A stretch of DNA of 64,000 nucleotides, taken from NCBI RefSeq assembly GCF_006345805.1, contig NC_043006.1, forward strand, positions 32,178,001-32,242,000. Reading direction: 5' to 3'. Below the pieces are notes generated by a model that worked only from the letters and a program-made list of their open reading frames with translations, made no database searches and was not told the DNA's origin. This document shows, piece after piece, positions 54,347-64,000 of the stretch. The translations under genes and the position numbers were made by a program. Within the stretch, counting starts at the first letter, position 1; every line of letters starts with the position of its first letter. This stretch comes from Octopus sinensis. Taxonomy: Eukaryota.

Positions 54347-56187
54347 ATCAAAATCATGATAAATTTACCCGCTCTGCTTCGAGCAACAGTAATATAAGAC
54401 TTCTATCCTCAAGGTATTCCACCTCTAATTATAATGCCCCTAGATGTAATTTCAGAATTAAATCAAAATGCCCGGCCCCTGATTTATGCGGGTTAATTAA
54501 CATAATCTATAAGTGCTCCGTAACCACAGATAATAATAAGTTCTCTTATGTTGGATGCACTGTAAATTTTAAACAGAGATTGAATAACCATCTCTCATCC
54601 TTTAAATTACGTCATAAGGCTGATAGCACCACTCTTTCTAGTAAAATTTGGGAACTAAAAAACAATAATATCAAATATAACCTTAATTGGGAATTAGTCA
54701 GAAGAGCAAAACCCTATAAAAATAGCAGAGTAGGCTGCCAACCTTGCTCCATGGAAGCATTTGAAATACTAATGTATAGAAATAAGGGAGAAATTCAATT
54801 AAACAGCAGAATTGAACTTGGAATTTCTTGTATACATGCTCGGGTTAAGACTCTTAAATATTTTAAATGATATTTTAAATCATATCTCAATTGATAACTG
54901 TATACTGGAATCATTTTGCATAAAATTCATTTTGACTTACATATCACTCCTACATAGTATATTATATATTTAACTAGAAAGATAAGATCTAACTAGCTAT
55001 GATTATAATTTTTTCTCTCTCTGATGGTACTATTTAATACTTATTGACTTAAATTATTTGATTTATTTCTATTGGACCATATTATTAATAAATTTTTGCT
55101 CTATTTTTATCTCCATTTCTTAGTCTATTTTTTAACCCATTACAAATATTAGTTAGTTAAATCTCTTAATTTCTTTTACACTAAAAATTAATTCTGCTAA
55201 TTCCAGACCTATCGTAGTGTATTGTGATGTGATTTAATATATCAAAATAATATAATATAATATAGTGTAGTGTATTATGTATAATATAATATAATTGTTT
55301 AATTTCATTTAAAAACAACCCCATTTTTCTTTCCTTTCTAATGACCTCTTTGTAACCTGACAATCTATTAATAGTAACATTTATAAATAAAGAAATAAAT
55401 TGTTGACCTCAGTTCGAATTTTGTTCTAAAAAAACTTAGACTTTTCTGTTAGCTTCAACTTGTGCCCATCCCCTTAGCTTCCCCTTTCCTTTCTCTTTGA
55501 CAGCTTAAATAGCAGTAACTGATTGAATTTCTACCTCCTTCCTCCTCTTTCTGTGATTCTTGATAAATTCATTAACAACCTGAACCGCTAAAATATAAGA
55601 CTGTCATTTTGCTTCTCATTCGGATTCCCTGATATTTTTCGCATGATTGTACCCGAAATCTCTTCACAAAACTGGATCATGAACTATAAGGACATACACA
55701 TTTTTTGTAAGTTCAAGACTTTTTCATCGGATCTCCAAAAAATCGAACTTATCTGCGTTTCTTGTAAGTTTCAATAACAATCTGATCCTCTACACGATAT
55801 GACAGTCACTTTGCTTTTACTCAGACTTTCCTCTACATGATATGGCAGTCACTTTGCCTCTTACTCGGATTTTCAGAAATTTTTCATGACTGTATCCGAA
55901 AATTTCTTCACACAACTTGATCAAATATTCAATATGCTATATGTAGACATGCATAAATTCTATAGGTTTAAAACCTTCATCGGATCTCCACGAATCGAAC
56001 TTTCTTCAATGCAGCTAATCTTACAACCTCTTTTGTATCTACCCCTTTGATGTTTGGGAATTCTCTGATGTTTTTTCGGCTGACGAGTACGAGCCATCTG
56101 TATTCACTGCATTTTTTGTAGCTTATTAAAGATGTCCTCGTACGAAACGATCGTACCGAGATTTTAATCCATTCTTGTTGCTTTTTT

Positions 56188-56241
<54 letters not shown>

Positions 56242-57134
56242 GATTTACAAAAATTCAAAAGACGAATACGGGTGTGTAAACAACAAATAGAATTTAGTTT
56301 AATGCTCGGGAAGTGTGAAAGTCTTTCACTTTCGAGCCTACGCTCTTCAACAGAAAGGAACACATATATTAAAATTGAAATGCCAACAAAATTATAAAGG
56401 ACAAAATAATTAAATAGAATCTCCAACTATCGAAATATATACCTATATATCTCAAATAATATCAACCCAAACACACACACACACACACACCATGTGTATA
56501 TGTTCTTTGATATGTTTATGGTATTTTCGTTATAATCATCTTCAAGTAAATGGCTTCAAAGTTCAAATTTCACATTTTACTGCAGAACCGCCCAGTAACA
56601 CGATACAACTGTTTCATGCAACACAGTTTTTCCACGGACCATGGTATCATGTGTATAGCAAAGCACAATAAAGCACGTAATATATAATTTCATTATTACA
56701 TATATGATATATGTATATCATATATAATGCATATATATCACATATGTAATACAAAAACACCTCAAAGACTGTGATAGTCAATAAATAGAAATAGGATTTT
56801 AAAAGTTATTCATTCTGTACGGCCCACTGCCAATGATCAGCGGCCTGGGACTGGGTCGCGGACCATTGGTAGGGGATCCCTGCGTTAGAGCGTCGGGCGA
56901 AGCTTCTTTCACGATTTATCTCGTTTCTTGTATTCTTACATTCTAAGTTAAAATCTTCTGGCATGAACTTTGTCATTGATTTATTCTGGGATCGATAAAT
57001 AAAGTACAAGTTTATTGCATGTCGAGTGGCGAAATCGCTAGAGAGTCGAAAACGATGAGACGGCGTATTCACCCCGGATCTTTGTGTTCTCAGTTCAAAT
57101 TCTACCGTACCTTAGTTGCGATGAAGACTAAATC
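54343..57134 (+). repeat. Inverted copy of 48584-51391 (endonuclease, 3' UTR, terminal repeat and host flank)
   Basis: Continuous reverse-complement match; holds the uninterrupted 176-aa GIY-YIG frame at 54340-54870. Confidence 0.93.
56073..56162 (+). ncRNA. Type I hammerhead ribozyme in the Penelope terminal repeat
   Basis: Stem I tttcgg/ccgaga; CTGACGA 56080-86; 7-bp stem II GTACGAG/CTCGTAC with a 43-nt loop; GAAA 56144-47; palindromic stem III ACGATCGT; GUA cleavage after 56155. Confidence 0.8.
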
Positions 57135-57366
57135 GGCTGACGAGTACGAGCCATCTGTATTCACTGCATTTTTTGTAGCTTATTAAAGATGTCCTCGTAC
57201 GAATCGATCGTACCGAGATTTTAATCCATTCTTGTTGCTTTTTTCCTATTTGTAATCACCCCACTTGTCGTATGGTTAACACCATATAGATTTCCGGTGC
57301 ATCCTAGTTAAGGACCATATTCAAGTGAATTCTTTAGAATTCACTAGAATCTCAATTACTTAACCG
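57133..57366 (+). mobile_element. Extra Penelope 5' piece (hammerhead plus 5' UTR), inverted relative to 54138-54346
   Basis: Begins tcggctgacgagtacgag and runs into tttgtaatcacccc...acttaaccg, ending at (TA)n. Confidence 0.88.
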
Positions 57367-57414
57367 TATAATATATATATATATATATATATATAGATAT
57401 CTATATATTATATA

Positions 57415-57464
<50 letters not shown>

Positions 57465-57617
57465 TTATTGTTCTAAGGTAACAAGCAAAATGAAAAGATT
57501 TCCTTCAAAGGGGTTTTACACACCCTTTTGAAGGATTTTTTCCTTTGCTTGTTACCTTATGTATACGCACACACATATATACATAAATACATATATACGT
57601 ATATACACGCATACATG

Positions 57618-57670
<53 letters not shown>

Positions 57671-58018
57671 TAGTATGTGTGTGTGTGTTTGCATATGTGT
57701 GTATGTATTAATACTATTACAGAGACTAACCTGAAAAATATATTATGTGCGTATGTTTGTGTGTTCGTGTATGTGAGTGTGTGTGTATGTGCGTGTGTGT
57801 GTTTGAGAGTGTGTGTATACAGTAGAGTTTTACATTTGTAATACCTTGAATTGAAACACCTCAGGTAATTGAGATTAATTCATACATCATTTCTAGGCAT
57901 CAGAGATGAATATTCTTTCCCGATGAGAACTAATAAGACTGAAACACCTCTATTGCTTTCACGATTTAGCATTAAAGAAACTATCGAAATTCATGCGCAC
58001 ACACTCTCACACACACAC

Positions 58019-58143
<125 letters not shown>

Positions 58144-58211
58144 GCTAGCTAGCTAGCTAGCTAGCTAGATAACAACAACAACAACAACAACAACAGCGAC
58201 AGCAATAATCT

Positions 58212-58408
58212 TTTCTACTCTAGACGCAAGGCACGAAATTTTTGGGTAGGAGCCAGTCCATTAAATCGACTCCAGTACGCAACTAGTGCTTAACTTATCG
58301 AGCCCGAAAGGATGACAAGCAAAGTTGACCTCGGCGGAATTTGAACTCAGAACGTAAAGACGGACGAAATGCCGGAGTGCTAACGATTCTGCCAGCACAC
58401 CGCCTTAA
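58212..58408 (-). mobile_element. SINE (gaggtcgactttgc family)
   Basis: gaaaggatgacaagcaaagttgacctcggcggaatttgaactcagaacg on +. Confidence 0.8.
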
Positions 58409-58985
58409 TAATAATGATGATGATAATAATAAATCCTGATGCAGTACCAGGTAGTGGCTGTCGTGGCTTCTGATCTTAATTGATTGGAAGTGTTATCATG
58501 TACATTGTTTTGTCTTGGTATAAAAGATGGGCTACAAGAAATATTCTGCTCAATACCACAGGTTTGCTTGTCAGTTGTTTGCCCTTAACCAGTTGAGCAT
58601 GTCCCTTGGTGGCTGACGATATGTGCATCTCTGACCACGAGCAGAAGTAGTGGGGAGCATCATAGCCATGTGTTGAGAGGGATTCTTTGGGGTTTGAATA
58701 ATTCATCTCTAGAAACATGGATGTTTCGTTCAATATCCTTAAGCAACCCTTATTCAGAGACCTTTTGAGCAGGATGGGTTACTCGACAAAAAGAGAATTC
58801 TAACTGGGCCCCGCCTGCAAGGTCATGCGTTGTTTATCTTGATATGAGATCACCATGTCGCGCACACATAGTTGTGATGCATGTGCCTAGTGTACCCTTA
58901 TCAGACAGGTAGTCATGATGGGTATACTGGGCTTCGTATATTTTACCCCAGTGTCACTTTGATGGCATGCACTGCTCTCTCACAC

Positions 58986-59028
<43 letters not shown>

Positions 59029-59046
59029 GTAGTAGTAGTAGTAGTA

Positions 59047-59110
<64 letters not shown>

Positions 59111-60194
59111 CACTCTACTTCTACTTAATTTTCTTCCATTCGTTTCCTTCTTTATGTTCTTTCTCTGCATTTCTTTTTTTTGTTTGTGTTTGTTCTTGTT
59201 TTTCTTCTTGTCTCACGTCGTCTTCTTCCTGATGTTCATCGCCTTGTCATTGCTGTTTTAAATAATGCCGTCTTTCTATGTTTTCAAAGTTCTCTAAAGA
59301 AAACGAAGTCCTTCATTAAAATATATATTAAAACCAATATAAACAAACATAAATATAAACAAATAAATTTTACATAATTTCGTTTCATGAAATTTTTCTT
59401 TATTACTTTGTTTATATTTGTTGTTTGTTTATGTTAGTTGTTTGTTTATATATTTTTGCCAACTGGTTCATAAATTTCGACATTTCTCACGTAATTCAAA
59501 TTCCAAAATCTTAGTGTTATTTTATACATACATACATACATACATGCATACATACATACATACGCACACACATACATACATACATACATACATACATACA
59601 TACATACATACATACATACATACATACATACATACATGTATCGATGCATAAATACATACATACATTCATACATAGTACATGCATACATACATAGATGCAT
59701 ACATACATATATGTATCGATGCATAGATACATACATTCATACATAGTACATACATACATACATAGATACATACATACATACATACATGTATCGATGCATA
59801 GATACATACATACATTCATACATAGTACATGCATACATACGTACATGAATACATACAAACATACATGCATGCATACATACACACATATAACTACATAATA
59901 CATGCATGCATGCATGCATCCATCCATACATACATGCATGCATACTTACATGCAAGCATGCATCCATGCATACATACATGCATGCAAACATGCATACATG
60001 CATACGTACATATATGCACACATATACACATAGATACATACTTACAGACAGCCAAACAGACACATACACACACACATACACATATATTGATATATTCATG
60101 CATAAATGTATATCATACATTGCCAAATATATAGAAGTAGATATATATATTCGGCTGTATGCATGAGTGTTCACGACAGGTGTATGTTCATCTG

Positions 60195-60232
<38 letters not shown>

Positions 60233-60354
60233 TGTGTGTGTGTTGTGTGTGTGTGTCAGTGTGTGAAATCGTAAAAACAGATAGTAACCGAATAAACGAA
60301 CACATGATTAACAAAAGCATAGTAAATAGGAATCCTGAAAACGCAAGAACTATC

Positions 60355-60387
<33 letters not shown>

Positions 60388-60519
60388 TGTGTGTGTGTGT
60401 GTGTGTGTGCGTGAGTGAGTGAGGGTGTATGTGTGTCTGTAAGTATCTATGTATATATATATATGTAGATAAAACTTACTTGGAAGAGGATGCGTGTCGT
60501 TCAATCATGTAATAATATA

Positions 60520-60571
<52 letters not shown>

Positions 60572-60734
60572 TATATATATATATGTATATATATATATAG
60601 ATATATATATATATATCATCAACGATCAAACTACAAGGGAAATTCTCTAGAGGAAGAATTCATATATATATATATATATATATATGTATGTTTATATACA
60701 TACGTATATGTAAATACATCTATACGTATATATA

Positions 60735-60772
<38 letters not shown>

Positions 60773-61071
60773 GAAGAGAGAAAGAGAGAGAGAGGGGAGG
60801 GAGGAAAGAGAAAGGGAGAAAGAGACGGACAGGGTGTGAAAGAATGAGATATAATAATTTATAGACAATTGTCGTAGTGTTTCTTATCAAATTCTATTTT
60901 CATACCTTTTTCCCCTCTTTTTCTTTCACTATAATTTCTGGGGAATAAATACGCTTCTTATGTCAAAATACAACGATTATTTTATTGGAGAGACTCGAGG
61001 TAGAAAATGCGAAACAGATAATTGAATTAACTATTATATTCATAATGTTCTTTCAGGAGAATTCGAGATGA

Positions 61072-61845
<774 letters not shown>

Positions 61846-62624
61846 ATATATATATATGATATAAATAATATATAAATATATGCATATATACATGCATGTA
61901 TGTACATGCCTACATATATATGTATATATACATGCATATATGGTTACAGGACATAAAAAACAAACAAACACACAAACAGAGAAACGAGACATACAACATA
62001 AAGAATATTCCTCTTCATCAGTTGTCCCTGTTTCATCTACTCCGCGTTTTCGAAGGTAAGGACAACCGCGTTACGAAGGTAAGGACAATGACGGAGAAAG
62101 TCTGAAAGAACTAATTTTTATAATTTTGCAGTCCTTTGCCATTCTCTAAACTATTTTGCTTTTCCTTTATACGTTTTACTTTTTATTTATTGTTCTTTAT
62201 TTTTGGGTTTTTTGTTATTCATTTTGGTTTATTTCAGATATTATCTTCTAAAATGTTGCTTCCCTCGTTTCCTATTTGTTTTTGTTCATTTATGTTTATC
62301 AGGCTTAAAGCAAAAATAAGACCGAAGCAATTAAAAGATGAAAGATAAATGAGAATGAAATAAAAAATGCATATATACAAATAGAATTACAGCCGAAGAC
62401 CAAAGGCAAAATCACAATCAAACGACCGTATCTACCATAACTTAATTAAGGCAGGAAGACGTGAATATGGACGAGCAGGAAGTGCGAAACTCTGAGGATC
62501 TTCTGGTATACGTCAATTATTCTCACTAACAAACATTTCATGTGATCTCTGTATATCATTCCATATATGGAATCTAGCTCAGTAAGACTCATTAATCATC
62601 AAAGCTTTAAACTTCTTGGTGACA

Positions 62625-62714
62625 TAATGTAGCTACTATCAATTAGTTATTGGAACCACGAAGGTTTAATTAAACCTTCCTGGTTCCAATAACTAATTGA
62701 TAGTAGCTACATTA
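62625..62714. repeat. 90-bp loopless palindrome with one mismatch
   Basis: Centre between 62669 and 62670; only 62659/62680 is unpaired. Confidence 0.92.
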
Positions 62715-63139
62715 AATTGACTCTCTTCATTTGTTATTCATTTGCTATTAATTATCTATTATCTGTAATTTGAGACTATGTTCTTCTTGTTCTGTCGACA
62801 TTCTCTTTTACTTCCTATTTGTTTGTTGTTCTTGTTGTTTTTGTCTTTATCGTCGACACAACTTTATTTTTTATTTCTTAATTCATTATCCTGTTTTATT
62901 TTTATTTTATTCATTTTTATATTTTTATAGTTTTACAGTATTTTATCATTCTGTTAGCAATCTTGTTTTTCCTTTAAGCTTTTTAATTTTTATTTATTGT
63001 TCTTTAATTTTGGGTTATTTGTTGCTTTTTTAAAATTCATTTTGGTTTGTTTCGGATTTTATCTTCGAAAATGTTGTTTCCCTCGTTTCTTATTTGTTGT
63101 TTTTGTTAATTTCTGTTTAATTTTAGCTTTTCCTAATTT

Positions 63140-63441
63140 TGTTATTTTTAGTTTTTCCTCTTCTGCAGACACGAATCAGCAAGAAAATACCTTCTCTATT
63201 CAAGGTGTTTAACACCTTAAGCCGAATTTCATCTTCCCTAGCGGTGTTGCCGCGTTTCAACGCTTTAATCGGTTCTATTAGTTCAGTCTCTCTGAGATTA
63301 GTATTCACCCCTAGCTGCACCTCGTGTCTACCAGAAGATTTTGTCGCGACCGGATTTAGGATATCATCAAAGTATTCTTCCCACTTGCCAAAGATGTTCT
63401 CCGTAGAAAGAACTCCAGAGGAGTTTTTAATGGCAAGTTAG
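63140..63441 (-). mobile_element. RTE-clade LINE ORF fragment (region upstream of the RT core)
   Basis: IKNSSGVLSTENIFGKWEEYFDDILN...IKALKRGNTAREDEIRLKVLNTLNREGI matches the RWxEYFxxLLN...KxGKAxGxDEI pattern. Confidence 0.7.
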
Positions 63442-63802
63442 TTACGAAGTTAGGAAATCGGCGGATGGATGGTGAGAATGTTTTATTGATTAGTCTGAAG
63501 CAAGGGTAGGGAAATCCCCGCCCGCGAGCCCATTTTATTGCGCCCGCAGGCTGGTATACTGGTATGTAGAAAATATAGTTTTTCAATTATAAAATTTATA
63601 CAATGCTCGCAAGCCTATTTGCGACATAGGACACGTTTCCACTACGACTTAAAACGGTTAGACTCGAACAGAAATCTTTACATTATTATTTACATTTGTC
63701 CTCATCTTGTTCGTTGTTAACACAACATTTCGGCTGATATACCCTCCAGCCTTTATCAGGTGCGTTGGAGAAATTTCGAACATGGGTTCTCATTCTTAAG
63801 GG

Positions 63803-63983
<181 letters not shown>

Positions 63984-64000
63984 TACCATAGGAATGAGAA

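Overview
AT-rich, repeat-dense eukaryotic genomic DNA. The microsatellite load and SINE families look like an octopus (cephalopod) genome; this is my recognition, not a database result. Nearly all ORFs in the supplied track are microsatellite translations. Host coding signal is limited to the last exons of a + strand gene for a single-pass membrane protein (8.6-20.8 kb) and a weaker - strand exon cluster (39-40 kb). The rest is SINEs, mariner/Tc1, hAT, RTE and RLE-LINE relics, MITE/foldback elements and two recent-looking tandem duplications (0.8-4.1 kb; 33-35.4 kb). The standout is a near-complete Penelope-like retroelement (RT + GIY-YIG, - strand, ORF about 50869-54083) inside a 2.8 kb-arm inverted duplication (48584-51391 / 54343-57134) that also copies about 0.9 kb of flanking host DNA. 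Its terminal repeat carries a type I hammerhead ribozyme, and both inversion junctions fall in or at the edge of that ribozyme. Two smaller perfect palindromes (37469-37613, 45879-46203) also have hammerhead or hammerhead-like cores next to the fold point. Duplicated segments differ mostly by 1-bp indels, so consensus error or misassembly must be excluded with raw reads.
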